A DNA stretch of 64,000 nucleotides, taken from positions 1 through 64,000 of the forward strand of contig JBOFIK010000052.1 of assembly GCA_051650125.1 (NCBI GenBank), in the 5' to 3' direction. Below are positions 27,891-38,547 of this stretch, piece after piece (the first letter of the stretch is position 1; every line of letters starts with the position of its first letter). The DNA is from Sarcina sp. (GTDB lineage Bacteria > Bacillota > Clostridia > Clostridiales > Clostridiaceae). The position numbers and the translations under genes were made by a program. A model generated the notes under the pieces. That model did not search any database, was not told where the DNA came from, and was given only the letters and a program-made list of their open reading frames with translations.

Positions 27891-29947
27891 TAGTCTAATT
27901 TTTCTTCCTCTTCTTTTAATTTATGATATATTTCTTCTCTCATTTGTTTTGCTATATCTGATTCTTCAACACCTTCTTTAAAATCTACACCCATTTTTTC
28001 TGATAAAAGAACTGCTAGAAGACTCTCCATAGCATTTACGCCTCCACCATTTTCACTACTGCCACCCATAGTAACAACATTATTAGGTACTATATTTATA
28101 CCTCCCTCTTTGATAGCATCTGTAAATTTACTCATAACATCCTGAACTACCTGATACTGTGGTCCACCATATGCATTTACTTGTTCCCGAACGGCGATCG
28201 CCTGTGAAATCCCCTTTCTAGCTGCCATATCAGCCTCAGCTTCCCCAAGCTTCTTAATTTTATACGCCTGTGCATCTGCAAGAGTTTTTTGTCTTTGAGC
28301 ATCTTGTCTAGCTTTTTCAAGTTCAGCTTTACCAACGTTATCTTGAATTTTAATATTAATTTCTGACTTAGTAAGTTCATCTTGTTGCTGTGCTTTTGCT
28401 TGGAACTCTTTAAGTTCTTTCTCTTTTTCACTCGCTTTCATTTGTGAGTTATAAGTTTCTATTTTTTCCTTAGCAAGTTGTCTATCACTAAGTTGTTTTA
28501 ATATCTCTTCTATTTTTGCATCCCCATTAGGTGATGGTGTTCCTATAAGAACTTCTTCAAGTTCTAAATTATAGTTATCAAACTTCGCTTTCATCTCATC
28601 AGTTGCTTTCTTTTGAATCTCTGAACGATTCTGTATAAGCTCAATCAAAGTCATTTTTTGACCTATATTTTTAAAGTAAGAAGACACCATAGGATCTAAA
28701 GTTTGGTCTACAAGCCTTTTAATATCACCAAATCTTTGAATTACAAGTGGTGCTTTTTTATAATCTATATGAAGAACTACTGATAAAGGCAGTGTAGGTT
28801 CAAAAGCATCTAAAGTTATAAGTGTAACTTCTTTTAAATTCTCATCATACTTATGCCCACCAACCTCTGATTTAAGCCATTTTAATATAATATTTGTAGT
28901 TGGAACTTGTGTAAGTATCCCAGCAGATGTATTATATGCGTACTTACCTGGTTTTAAAGGCACTGCCCATATTCCCTTACACTCTTCTGCAACAAGCTCC
29001 CCATGAGTATACCCGCTTCCAGACATATCTTCACCCTTGCTACCCACAAAAGATGTAACTACTCCTGCAAATCCTACCGGAACTATTGTTTTAGGAACTA
29101 TTTCTATACTTGCAAAAAGTCTATTTATAAAATACGTACCATCACTCATAACTTGATATTGCTTTCCTCTAAAACCACCAGCATTTAAAAATGCCTCTGG
29201 ATTTTGGAAGTTGTTGTGATACTTATCTAAATCTCTAGGATTCTCCCCTACTACTGGTGCTATAATTTCACCATTAGGAAGTGATGGCCCATCTTGAATT
29301 GTCACAATTCCCATAGGGTCCTCTATAATATTCCCTGAACTATTCTTTGTTCTATTTTTAATCACTACTGGTCTAAAACCATTCTTAAGTTTTAAATCAT
29401 CTGACATTTTTTTTATTTGTTCTACTTCAAGCTTATTTCCTATATTTATAAAGTAATTATTAGCCTCTGTTAAGATAATAAACATACCAAGATTAAAAGC
29501 ATATGTTCCCTCTCTTAATATTGACCTTTGAGGTCCTTTTTGCCCCCCAGCAGCAAGAAAACTTCTAGTATCTTGAAAGTTGCTACATTTTACAACCTTT
29601 CCAAGTGTCTGAGTTTCTGATAAAGCTTCACCATCTCTAGAAAATACATAACCTATTTGCCCCTGCGGAATTGTTACAAGCGGACACTTATTAACTTTAT
29701 ATAAGAAACCAGGCTTTAAATGTACTCCTGTTCTAAGAACATCTGGTTGAAAACCAGCCTCACCATTAGTAGCGATAAATTTTCCATCTTTTAAATTCCC
29801 TTTTGGTGACCACCATTTTTCAACCACCCCTACTTCATTAGTTCCTATAACTCTAAGACCTAGCACCTTAAAAACAAGTAAATAAAATGCTATAAGCCCA
29901 CAAGCTCCATATAAAGCCATCATTGCAATATCTTTTGCATCTGCCAT
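27890..29947 (-). CDS. Flotillin-like SPFH (band-7) domain protein, 685 aa
   Basis: N-terminal TM hairpin, SPFH domain, and a long EA/KQ-rich coiled coil (AQQQDELTKSEINIKIQDNVGKAELEKARQDAQRQKTLADAQAYKIKKLGEAEAD) typical of FloT/YqiK. Confidence 0.8.
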   Translation of the reverse strand: MADAKDIAMMALYGACGLIAFYLLVFKVLGLRVIGTNEVGVVEKWWSPKGNLKDGKFIATNGEAGFQPDVLRTGVHLKPGFLYKVNKCPLVTIPQGQIGYVFSRDGEALSETQTLGKVVKCSNFQDTRSFLAAGGQKGPQRSILREGTYAFNLGMFIILTEANNYFINIGNKLEVEQIKKMSDDLKLKNGFRPVVIKNRTKNSSGNIIEDPMGIVTIQDGPSLPNGEIIAPVVGENPRDLDKYHNNFQNPEAFLNAGGFRGKQYQVMSDGTYFINRLFASIEIVPKTIVPVGFAGVVTSFVGSKGEDMSGSGYTHGELVAEECKGIWAVPLKPGKYAYNTSAGILTQVPTTNIILKWLKSEVGGHKYDENLKEVTLITLDAFEPTLPLSVVLHIDYKKAPLVIQRFGDIKRLVDQTLDPMVSSYFKNIGQKMTLIELIQNRSEIQKKATDEMKAKFDNYNLELEEVLIGTPSPNGDAKIEEILKQLSDRQLAKEKIETYNSQMKASEKEKELKEFQAKAQQQDELTKSEINIKIQDNVGKAELEKARQDAQRQKTLADAQAYKIKKLGEAEADMAARKGISQAIAVREQVNAYGGPQYQVVQDVMSKFTDAIKEGGINIVPNNVVTMGGSSENGGGVNAMESLLAVLLSEKMGVDFKEGVEESDIAKQMREEIYHKLKEEEEKLD

Positions 29948-30294
29948 AAATTTATCTCTCCTTTATTTTTTATTTATTTAAATATATTCTCTAGGAAAGT
30001 ATTTATTTCTAAAAATAAATTAAGAATTTATTACTATTAAAAAGGTTTTTATTAACTATTTAATAAATATATAAAATTATTTTTTAAAGTTAACTTTTAC
30101 TTTATTTTATTTTGGAACTAATTAGTCTAAAAATCATATAGTTAAAAGCATAGACCAAATTTACTATTGATAGACTTTGTCAAAAGTTTATTTTTAGCAA
30201 ATATCATTTTATGATAGCTAAATTAATAAACTATAAAGTAAAAAAAAAATTTATCAATAATATCTTTTTAATATTATGTAAAGGAGTTTTGACT

Positions 30295-31119
30295 ATGAAA
30301 AAATCCCATAAGAACTTTTTAATTATCACTATAACACTGACTTTATCATTTATTTTAATTAATGTTCTGCTAATATCCTCAAAAAAAGGACTAGTTCTTA
30401 ACACGAGGGATAATACCACGCAAAATCTTAAAGAACTCAAAGACTTAGAAAAATCTAATGTTAATGATGTTAAAAAAGATATAGATAAAGTCCAAAAGAA
30501 CTTACCTAAAGAAGACGTTGCTGAAAATGAGACAGATGGAGAAAATACTGCAAATGAGAATGATACTCACGAAACTAAACCCGAGGAACAAACTAACTAT
30601 AAAGATGTTTTTTCAAACTCTGTTATAATGGGTGATTCTCAGACTCAAGGTCTAACAATTTACGGCTTTTTAGATACAACCTCTGTAATAGGAGTAAAGG
30701 GCGGAGGCATATCTGATGCAACAACAAAAAATATGGATATTCTCTCAAACCTTAGTCCAAGTAATGTCTTTACCTTATATGGAATGAACGATATTTTGAA
30801 CTATCAATCAAATATAGATGGGTTTATAAATGATTACTCAATATTAATAAAGAAAATCAAGGTTACCCTTCCAGATAGTAAAATATTTGTCAATTCAATA
30901 TTACCCGTTGAGGCAAAAGTTACTTCAAGTAGACCTATATATAAACAAATAGATGCTTATAATGTTGCATTAAAAGCTATGTGTAATGACCTTGGTATAA
31001 CATATGTAGATTCACATAAAATTTTACTAGATAATCCTACTCTATTTGAAGGTGATGGCATGCACCTTAAACCATCTTTTTACAACAACTGGCTTGATTT
31101 ACTAAGCAATTATATTTAA
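30295..31119 (+). CDS. Secreted SGNH/GDSL-family hydrolase (putative O-acetyl esterase/transferase) with a low-complexity N/E/T-rich linker
   Basis: Start at the ATG at 30295 after AAGGAG. Signal/TM sequence. GDSQTQG block (catalytic Ser). C-terminal DGMH. Confidence 0.7.
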   Translation: MKKSHKNFLIITITLTLSFILINVLLISSKKGLVLNTRDNTTQNLKELKDLEKSNVNDVKKDIDKVQKNLPKEDVAENETDGENTANENDTHETKPEEQTNYKDVFSNSVIMGDSQTQGLTIYGFLDTTSVIGVKGGGISDATTKNMDILSNLSPSNVFTLYGMNDILNYQSNIDGFINDYSILIKKIKVTLPDSKIFVNSILPVEAKVTSSRPIYKQIDAYNVALKAMCNDLGITYVDSHKILLDNPTLFEGDGMHLKPSFYNNWLDLLSNYI

Positions 31120-31131
31120 AGGAGCTTTCTA

Positions 31132-31590
31132 ATGTTCAAGAAATTATTTATTTTTATTACTATTGGTTTTTCAATGCTCCTTTGTTCCTGTATGTCCACT
31201 AAAGACATAGACCTTAGTGTTATTGAAAAAAAGATTGATAATGCTATTAGTGCTGAAACTTACACTAAAGGAAGTTCAAAAGAACTTAGAAGATTTTTTG
31301 GTATTAATACTGATGATATCCTTGACTATACTTTATACACGCCCGCTTACACAATGGATGTTAATGAAATTCTTATTGTAAAAGTAAAAGATCAAGCAAA
31401 TATTGATATCATCAAAGACTCCATAGATGCTAGAGTTGAAAGTCAAATTTCAACTTTTGGCTCTTATGGACCAGACCAATGCGCGCTTTTAGAAGATTAT
31501 ATCTTAAAATCTAAGGGAAACTACATATTCTACTGTGTTTCACCTGAAAATGAAAAAGTATATAAACTCTTTAAAGAAAGTCTTAAATAG
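31132..31590 (+). CDS. Lipoprotein (DUF4358-like) accessory protein of MBOAT/DHHW clusters
   Basis: Lipobox LLCSC. 152 aa. The family typically sits beside DltB-like MBOAT genes. Confidence 0.55.
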   Translation: MFKKLFIFITIGFSMLLCSCMSTKDIDLSVIEKKIDNAISAETYTKGSSKELRRFFGINTDDILDYTLYTPAYTMDVNEILIVKVKDQANIDIIKDSIDARVESQISTFGSYGPDQCALLEDYILKSKGNYIFYCVSPENEKVYKLFKESLK

Positions 31591-31605
31591 AAAGGTGGTG
31601 GTTAT

Positions 31606-33000
31606 GTGGTTTTTAGTAGTATAATTTTTCTATTTACTTTCTTACCTATTACTTTAATTTTGTATTATGTTTCACCAAGAAAATTTAAAAACTTATCACT
31701 TTTGATTATGAGTTTAATTTTCTATGCGTGGGGTGAACCATTATATATTTTTCTAATGTTATTTACTACTATATTTGATTTTTATATGGGAAAGCTTATT
31801 GCAAGAAATATTATTTATGAGGATAAAGCTAGATGGCTACTCATATTTACTGTCACTGTTAATATTCTTATCCTAGGCTTTTTCAAATATTATGGATTCT
31901 TAGTGGATAATATAAATACTATAATTTCTCTAGATATTGCAAAATCAAACCTGCCATTACCAATTGGAATATCATTTTATACCTTTCAAACCTTGTCTTA
32001 TATAATAGATGTTTATCTTGGAAAAGTTAAAGTGCAAAAAGATATAATTTCTTTCTCACTCTATGTAACTATGTTTCCACAACTTGTTGCTGGCCCAATA
32101 GTTAGATATTCTGATGTTAATAAACAGCTTGATGAAAGAACTGAAACTTTTGAAACGTTTGGAGAAGGTGTAGAAAGATTTATTCTTGGACTTGGCAAAA
32201 AGGTGCTTTTAGCTAATAATATCGGTTTTTTATGGACAACCATTTCAGCAATGGATATTTCAAATATTTCAGTCCTAACCTCTTGGCTAGGAATAGCTGC
32301 ATTTACATTCCAAATTTACTTTGATTTTAGCGCTTACTCTGACATGGCAATAGGTCTTGGTAAAATGTTCGGCTTTGATTTTATAGAAAACTTTAACTAT
32401 CCCTACGCCTCAAAAAGTGTAACTGAATTTTGGAGAAGATGGCATATCTCACTTGGAACTTGGTTTAGAGAATATATCTATATTCCTCTTGGTGGAAATA
32501 GATGTAGGCTTCTCTATCAATGTAGAAACCTCTTTATAGTTTGGCTAGTCACAGGACTTTGGCATGGAGCTAGTTGGAACTTTGTGATTTGGGGACTTTA
32601 CTACGGTGCAATACTACTTATTGAAAAGTTTTTCCTTGAGGAATATCTAAAAAAACTTGGTCCTATTGCATCAAGAATTTATACTATGATTCTTGTAATG
32701 ATTGGTTGGGTATTCTTTGGACTTGAAAGTCTTAAAGACGGGTTAAACTATCTTAGAACTATGTTTTTATTATCAGGTAATCCATTAATAGATGATACAG
32801 CTATATATTACCTTTTAAGTTACCTTATTGTATTTATATTGCTAATTGTATTTTCAACACCTATACCTTATAAGCTATTTAAAGACATAAAAAAGAAAAA
32901 TACTTTAGTTCCAACACTGATAAATGCTTTTGTTCTCTTTATGGGAATAGCTTATCTTGTAACTGAAACTTACAATCCATTTTTATACTTTAGATTTTAG
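31606..33000 (+). CDS. MBOAT-family membrane O-acyltransferase (AlgI/DltB/PatA-like)
   Basis: GTG start after AAAGGTGGTG. Conserved His in WRRWHISLGTWFREYIYIPLGG. 10+ TM. Confidence 0.85.
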   Translation: MVFSSIIFLFTFLPITLILYYVSPRKFKNLSLLIMSLIFYAWGEPLYIFLMLFTTIFDFYMGKLIARNIIYEDKARWLLIFTVTVNILILGFFKYYGFLVDNINTIISLDIAKSNLPLPIGISFYTFQTLSYIIDVYLGKVKVQKDIISFSLYVTMFPQLVAGPIVRYSDVNKQLDERTETFETFGEGVERFILGLGKKVLLANNIGFLWTTISAMDISNISVLTSWLGIAAFTFQIYFDFSAYSDMAIGLGKMFGFDFIENFNYPYASKSVTEFWRRWHISLGTWFREYIYIPLGGNRCRLLYQCRNLFIVWLVTGLWHGASWNFVIWGLYYGAILLIEKFFLEEYLKKLGPIASRIYTMILVMIGWVFFGLESLKDGLNYLRTMFLLSGNPLIDDTAIYYLLSYLIVFILLIVFSTPIPYKLFKDIKKKNTLVPTLINAFVLFMGIAYLVTETYNPFLYFRF

Positions 33001-33015
33001 AAAGGACTAAGGCTT

Positions 33016-34158
33016 ATGAAAAATAAAAATTCTTACTATAAAACTCTAGCTATTTTATTTATAGCAGTAATTGGCTTAGTAACTATTTTAAATATTCTGC
33101 TACCTGACAAAGATTTTTCTGAATCTGAAAATAGAGTTCTTTCTAAAAACCCTAAATTTTCACTAGAAAGACTTGTAGATGGTAGGTATACAAAAAAATA
33201 TGAAAAATATAAAACTGACCAATTCATAGGACGTGATACTTTTATGGGAGTAAAATCATTTTCTGATTTACTTCTTGGAAAGAAAGATAATAAATCAGTT
33301 TTTTTAGCTGATGATGGTTACCTAATAGAAGATTTCACACCTATGTCTAATGAAAAAATTGAAGATAATCTTAAATCTATAAATGATTTTACTAAAAAAT
33401 ATAAAGATGTTAACTCTTATGTCGCAATAGTTCCAACTGCTATAAGTATATATGATGATAAACTCCCAAGTTTTTCACCAGTAGAAAATCAAAATACTTA
33501 TATAGGTAAATTTTATAGTGAATTAGATACTGATATAAAAACTATAAATCTTTATGACATACTTTATGAAAATAAAGACAAGCATCTATACTATAAAACA
33601 GACCATCACTGGACTACATTATCAGCAAATCTAGCTTATGGAGTTATAAAAAAAGAGATGGCACTTGATAATACTGAATCTACTTTTACACCTAAAACAG
33701 TTTCAAATGAATTTAAAGGTACATTATCATCAAAAAGTGGTTTTAGAGGAAATTCAAATGATTCAATAGATATTTATTTAAATAATAATCCTGATGCAAA
33801 AGTAATCGTAGAATATCCTGAGTCACAAAAAAGGACAACTTCATTATATGACACATCAAAGTTAGCAACTAAGGATAAGTATGCTATGTTTCTCTCTGGA
33901 AATCATCCAATAATAAATATTAAAACAACAGCTAAAACAACTGATAGTCTTGTTATTTTTAAAGACTCATATGCAAATTGCTTTATACCATTTTTAACAG
34001 AACATTATAGTAAAATCACAGTTATAGACCCAAGATACTACTATGATGACCTCTATAAACTAATGGATGAAAATCAATTTGATGATATGCTATTTTTGTA
34101 TAATGCAAATACCTTTTTTACAGATTCATCAATAGCACCTGTTCTTAGAAATGAATAA
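33016..34158 (+). CDS. DHHW-family protein (AlgJ/AlgX/PatB-like SGNH-type acyl-transfer partner of MBOAT)
   Basis: N-terminal TM anchor. YYKTDHHWT signature. Confidence 0.8.
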   Translation: MKNKNSYYKTLAILFIAVIGLVTILNILLPDKDFSESENRVLSKNPKFSLERLVDGRYTKKYEKYKTDQFIGRDTFMGVKSFSDLLLGKKDNKSVFLADDGYLIEDFTPMSNEKIEDNLKSINDFTKKYKDVNSYVAIVPTAISIYDDKLPSFSPVENQNTYIGKFYSELDTDIKTINLYDILYENKDKHLYYKTDHHWTTLSANLAYGVIKKEMALDNTESTFTPKTVSNEFKGTLSSKSGFRGNSNDSIDIYLNNNPDAKVIVEYPESQKRTTSLYDTSKLATKDKYAMFLSGNHPIINIKTTAKTTDSLVIFKDSYANCFIPFLTEHYSKITVIDPRYYYDDLYKLMDENQFDDMLFLYNANTFFTDSSIAPVLRNE

Positions 34159-34160
34159 AA

Positions 34161-34205
34161 AGATACCTCTATGAAACTTTAAAATTTCATAGAGGTATCT
34201 TTAAT
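34161..34205. terminator. Bidirectional terminator
   Basis: aaagatacctctatgaaa-ctttaaaa-tttcatagaggtatcttt, 18-bp stem. Confidence 0.85.
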
Positions 34206-35016
34206 TATTTTTTCTTAGTGCTTGAACTACTTCTATATCTAGCCCTATTTTTTCTGCTATTATTTCATCTGATAATATATCTAAAAAGCTTATTGCAGTT
34301 TGAATTTTAGTATCCTCAACCGCTGAATAAATAGCGTTTGCTTCATCATGCAATGCCTTTTGTCGCATATCATACATTGCTCTCTGCTTTTTATCTGCAC
34401 TAATTTTCACAAGTTCATCTTTAGCATCCCTAATCACTTTTATATCATTTTCTAAAGTTCTCACTTTTTCACTCTCTGGATTTTTCAAAAATTCAACCCA
34501 AGCCGCAAGCATACCTTTTTCATTGCTTTCATCTCTAAGTTTTGGAATTTCTATAAAATGAATCTCCATAATATCATTTAATTCCTTATCAGTATCTACA
34601 TCTTTCAACCTAAACATACTGTGAAATTTATTATTTTCTAAATAATCAAAATCTAAAATATTAATACATACTGTTCTATTTAAGATTGAATAATTCTTTT
34701 TCTCTGTTAATTGATCTTCATATATTTTACTCCAATAATATAAAGTTCTTTTAATCATATTTTTTTCATTTCTAAGCTGTATCTCTATGTTAATTCTCTC
34801 ACCTTTATTTGTTGTCGCCTTTATATCTAATCTTGAAAATTTATCTTCAACAAATTTTTTTTCAATATCTGTATTCTCTAAAATAACATCTTTTATTTCA
34901 TCTTTACTTTTTAAAGTTGCATTTAAAAAAGAGATTAGTATATTTTTATTTGATTCACTTCCAAAAATTTTTTTGAAGATAAAGTCAGTCTTAGGATCAA
35001 GTAATCCTTTATACAT
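34201..35016 (-). CDS. Rpn-family recombination-promoting nuclease / putative transposase (PD-(D/E)XK, YhgA-like)
   Basis: N-terminus LLDPKTDFIFKKIFGSE is diagnostic of this family. 271 aa. Confidence 0.75.
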   Translation of the reverse strand: MYKGLLDPKTDFIFKKIFGSESNKNILISFLNATLKSKDEIKDVILENTDIEKKFVEDKFSRLDIKATTNKGERINIEIQLRNEKNMIKRTLYYWSKIYEDQLTEKKNYSILNRTVCINILDFDYLENNKFHSMFRLKDVDTDKELNDIMEIHFIEIPKLRDESNEKGMLAAWVEFLKNPESEKVRTLENDIKVIRDAKDELVKISADKKQRAMYDMRQKALHDEANAIYSAVEDTKIQTAISFLDILSDEIIAEKIGLDIEVVQALRKNN

Positions 35017-35344
35017 TCAGTCACCCCTCCATTTTATCCTTGTATTATTTCATTCTTACCATTTTTATATACTTTTATTATATCAATTTTTATTTCAAAA
35101 AAATATAACTTTACTAAACTGAGTTATTCTTTATCTATCAAATACTTTGTTTTTTCTTTTCAAAAAAATTCAGCAACTAATCTTTGAGTTAAATTTTCTA
35201 TATTTTCATCTAACCATTTTATTTCAATTAAATTCAGTGTTAATTTTCAAATCTTCTTTCTTACTATTTACATCTAAAATCTATTTAGACTTTCATTAAG
35301 AAAAGGAGGTTCTGCTATTCCTATAACAGTTCCTCCTCTTTAAC

Positions 35345-35941
35345 TTACTCTATTATTAAATTATCCATTGCTTTACTCCCGTCTGAAATAAGCATTAAAA
35401 TAGATTCTTTATTGCTACACTCTGCATTTCTTATTACTGTATTTATCCTAATATTATTTATTGCTAAAACAGATGCAGTATTCTCTACATATTCTTTTAA
35501 ATCAAAATTTGCTTTTTCATCTAGTTCTACTTTATAAATAGAGTTTACTATATTACCACAACCTTGCTCGACCATAAGCTCTGCTATATATTTTGTAGCC
35601 TCTATCAACTTTTTCTCATTTTCTCTTGTTAGCATTATCTTTGTTTCCTTTATATAACCTTCTAAAGAATTAATTAAAACATCCACTCGTCCAAAGTTAT
35701 CTATTATTTCATGAGCCACAAATTTTACGCTTTGAGTATCATTAAAATCACATGGTATATAGATAACATCTGTTATACTACCTAGCTCTTCCTTAAGTTT
35801 TTTTACTATTGCAGCACCCTCTTCTGCTTTAGTTGTTGTAAAAGCTAATTTTGCTCCATTCTCAAGTAATAATTTTGATAGTTTATATCCTTTTTCTAAA
35901 GTTACGTCAGTAAGTAAAATAACCTTGTTTTGTAATCTCAT
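35345..35941 (-). CDS. Degenerate short-chain dehydrogenase/reductase-like protein (probable pseudo-enzyme)
   Basis: Aligns to the SDR N-terminus, but TGxxxGxG is replaced by TDVTLEKG and the YxxxK Lys is replaced (YVENT). Truncated at about 198 aa. Confidence 0.5.
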   Translation of the reverse strand: MRLQNKVILLTDVTLEKGYKLSKLLLENGAKLAFTTTKAEEGAAIVKKLKEELGSITDVIYIPCDFNDTQSVKFVAHEIIDNFGRVDVLINSLEGYIKETKIMLTRENEKKLIEATKYIAELMVEQGCGNIVNSIYKVELDEKANFDLKEYVENTASVLAINNIRINTVIRNAECSNKESILMLISDGSKAMDNLIIE

Positions 35942-36157
35942 CTTCCCTATCTCCCTTTAACCATTTTGAATTTTAGAAATATTCTCTCAATTATATTTTC
36001 GTAACTATTTTTAAAGTATGTATATGTATTTAGTTAAATTCCTATATTTAATTATCAACCTCTTTTTCTTATGTTATACTTGATAAAGCGTATTTTTTAT
36101 TTAAATCACTTTAATTAGAAAAAAATCGTAAATTACTGTTATAAAGGAGATTTTTTT

Positions 36158-37333
36158 ATGACTACTAAATTTTATTTACACCAAGGAAAAAACAAAAGAT
36201 CTGAGCAAGGTCGTCCTTGGATATACACAGATGAAATAAATGAATATGATGGCGAATATGAAAACGGAGATATTGTTGAGGTTTATAACCATAAAGGATA
36301 CTTCATAGGAAAAGGGTACATAAATGACCAAAGTAAAATCACTATAAGAATAATGACAAGAGATCAAAATGAAGTAATTGATAGAGATTTCTTTGTTAGA
36401 AGATTCAAAGCTGCTTCTGATTACAGAAAAACTGTTATAGATACATCATCATGCAGATTTTTCTTTGGAGAGGCTGACTTTCTTCCTGGTTTAACAATTG
36501 ATAAATTTGAAGATTATTATGTAATTCAAATTTCAACACTTGGTATGGACCAATACAGAGATATGATAGTTGATATTCTTACTAATGAATATAAAGCTAA
36601 AGGTATCTATGAAAGAAGTGATATCAGAACTAGAGAAATTGAAGGACTTGAGCAAACTAAAGGGTTCTTAAGCGAGCCATTTGATACTAACGTTCAAATA
36701 GTTGAGAACGGAGTTAAGTACATTGTTGATATAGAGAATGGGCAAAAAACTGGATTCTTCTTAGACCAAAAAGAAAACAGAGCTGCTATTCATAGAATCT
36801 GTAAAGATAAAGATGTATTAGACTGCTTTACTCATACAGGTTCATTTGCATTAAATGCTGGTATTGCTGGTGCTAAATCAGTTCTTGGAATTGATGTATC
36901 TCAACATGCTATTGATTGTGCTACAAGAAACTCAGAACTTAATGGACTTGAAGATACAGTTAAATTTGAATGTCATAATGCATTTAATGTTCTTGGAGAT
37001 TGGTCAAGAGAAGGAAAAGAGTTTGATGTTGTAATACTTGATCCTCCTGCTTTCACAAAATCAAGAAATACAGTTAACGCTGCAATAAGAGGTTATAAAG
37101 AAATTAACCTTAGAGGACTTAAAATGGTTAAGTCTGGCGGATACTTTGCTACTTGTTCATGTTCTCACTTTATGACAGAGGAACAACTTAAAAGAACAGT
37201 TTTAGAAGCTGCACATGATGCTAGAAAAACTTTAAGACAAATAGAATGTAGAACTCAAAGTTCAGACCACCCAATACTTTGGAATGCTGATGAGTCATAC
37301 TACTTAAAATTCTTTATATTCCAAGTGTTCTAA
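36158..37333 (+). CDS. rlmI: 23S rRNA (cytosine-C5) methyltransferase RlmI-like (PUA + class I MTase)
   Basis: N-terminus RPWIYTDEI. DxFxHTGSF. PPAF motif IV (VILDPPAF). Confidence 0.8.
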   Translation: MTTKFYLHQGKNKRSEQGRPWIYTDEINEYDGEYENGDIVEVYNHKGYFIGKGYINDQSKITIRIMTRDQNEVIDRDFFVRRFKAASDYRKTVIDTSSCRFFFGEADFLPGLTIDKFEDYYVIQISTLGMDQYRDMIVDILTNEYKAKGIYERSDIRTREIEGLEQTKGFLSEPFDTNVQIVENGVKYIVDIENGQKTGFFLDQKENRAAIHRICKDKDVLDCFTHTGSFALNAGIAGAKSVLGIDVSQHAIDCATRNSELNGLEDTVKFECHNAFNVLGDWSREGKEFDVVILDPPAFTKSRNTVNAAIRGYKEINLRGLKMVKSGGYFATCSCSHFMTEEQLKRTVLEAAHDARKTLRQIECRTQSSDHPILWNADESYYLKFFIFQVF

Positions 37334-37351
37334 GCTAAATCTAGTATAAGA

Positions 37352-37390
37352 GCCACATTTTAGACTATCTAAAATGTGGCTTTTCTTCAA
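37352..37390 (+). terminator. Rho-independent terminator
   Basis: agccacattttaga-ctatc-taaaatgtggct tttctt. Confidence 0.8.
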
Positions 37391-37416
37391 TGTTGATATT
37401 TAAAACTTTTAAAATC

Positions 37417-37611
37417 TTACTTTCCTACTTTAATTGATAAAGTATTTCCTATCCAATAAGCTTTTACTACATCGCCAGCATGTATGTTTGCGAAAGCATA
37501 TCCACTTACCTTTGTAACTACCTTTGAATCTGGTGTTGTTACTGGTTCTATTGTAAAGTCGTGACCTTCCTTACCTGTTATTGTTAATGTGAATTCTTCG
37601 TAATTGTTCAT
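37417..37611 (-). CDS. Hypothetical small protein (64 aa)
   Basis: ORF with GGAGG RBS. Beta-rich. Confidence 0.4.
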   Translation of the reverse strand: MNNYEEFTLTITGKEGHDFTIEPVTTPDSKVVTKVSGYAFANIHAGDVVKAYWIGNTLSIKVGK

Positions 37612-37885
37612 ATTTTTGCCTCCATTTGTTTTTATCTTTTGTTATGTACTTATATAGTATACCACTGAATGGTATGATTCTTGTGTTATTTTTTCAATTT
37701 TTTTATTTTTTTCCCTTTTTTTCAGCTTAATGCAACATTTTGACTAATATTAACTTATGTACACTTAAGTTTATCCAAATATTTTAGTCTTTCCTAGATA
37801 AATATGGTTATTTTTTGTACTAATCTATATATTTTAAAGAAAAATGGGAATACTATTAATTAGACTAATCACATGGAGGAAACTT

Positions 37886-38527
37886 ATGAGAATACCAAAG
37901 CATATAGGTGTAATTCCTGATGGAAACAGACGTTGGGCATTAGAAAACTTGCTAAAAAAAGATATGGGTTATACTCATGGTATAAACCCCGGGGTCGAAC
38001 TCTTTAAAATCTGTGAAAAAAAAGGAGTTAAGGAATTAACCTTTTACGGATTTACCATTGATAATACTAAAAGACCAGCAGAACAAAAAGTAGCATTTAC
38101 AAAAGCTTGTATTGAATCAGTTATGCTTATGACAAAAGAAAATTGTGAAATTTTAGTTCTTGGAAATACTAAGTCATCTGCATTTCCAAAAGAACTTTTA
38201 GAGTTTGCAACAAGAAAAAAATTTGGTACTGGCGGCATAAAGGTTAACTTTTTAATCCACTATGGCTGGGAATGGGATTTAAATTTACTAAAAGAATCAA
38301 ACACGACCTCAAAAGATATTTCTTCTAATATTCAATCAAAAGATATTTCAAGAATTGACCTTATTATAAGATGGGGTGGCAGAAGGAGACTTAGCGGTTT
38401 TTTACCTGTACAATCTGTTTATTCTGATTTTTATGTAGTTGATAATTTTTGGCCTGACTTTAAATCATCTGATATTGATGATGCCTTAGAATGGTACAAA
38501 ATTCAAGATGTCACTTTAGGTGGCTAA
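37886..38527 (+). CDS. Cis-prenyltransferase (UppS-family isoprenyl transferase) paralog
   Basis: Start at the ATG at 37886 after GGAGG. Signature HIGVIPDGNRRWA. Only about 213 aa. Confidence 0.7.
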   Translation: MRIPKHIGVIPDGNRRWALENLLKKDMGYTHGINPGVELFKICEKKGVKELTFYGFTIDNTKRPAEQKVAFTKACIESVMLMTKENCEILVLGNTKSSAFPKELLEFATRKKFGTGGIKVNFLIHYGWEWDLNLLKESNTTSKDISSNIQSKDISRIDLIIRWGGRRRLSGFLPVQSVYSDFYVVDNFWPDFKSSDIDDALEWYKIQDVTLGG

Positions 38528-38547
38528 AATTTTACAATAAATAATTA

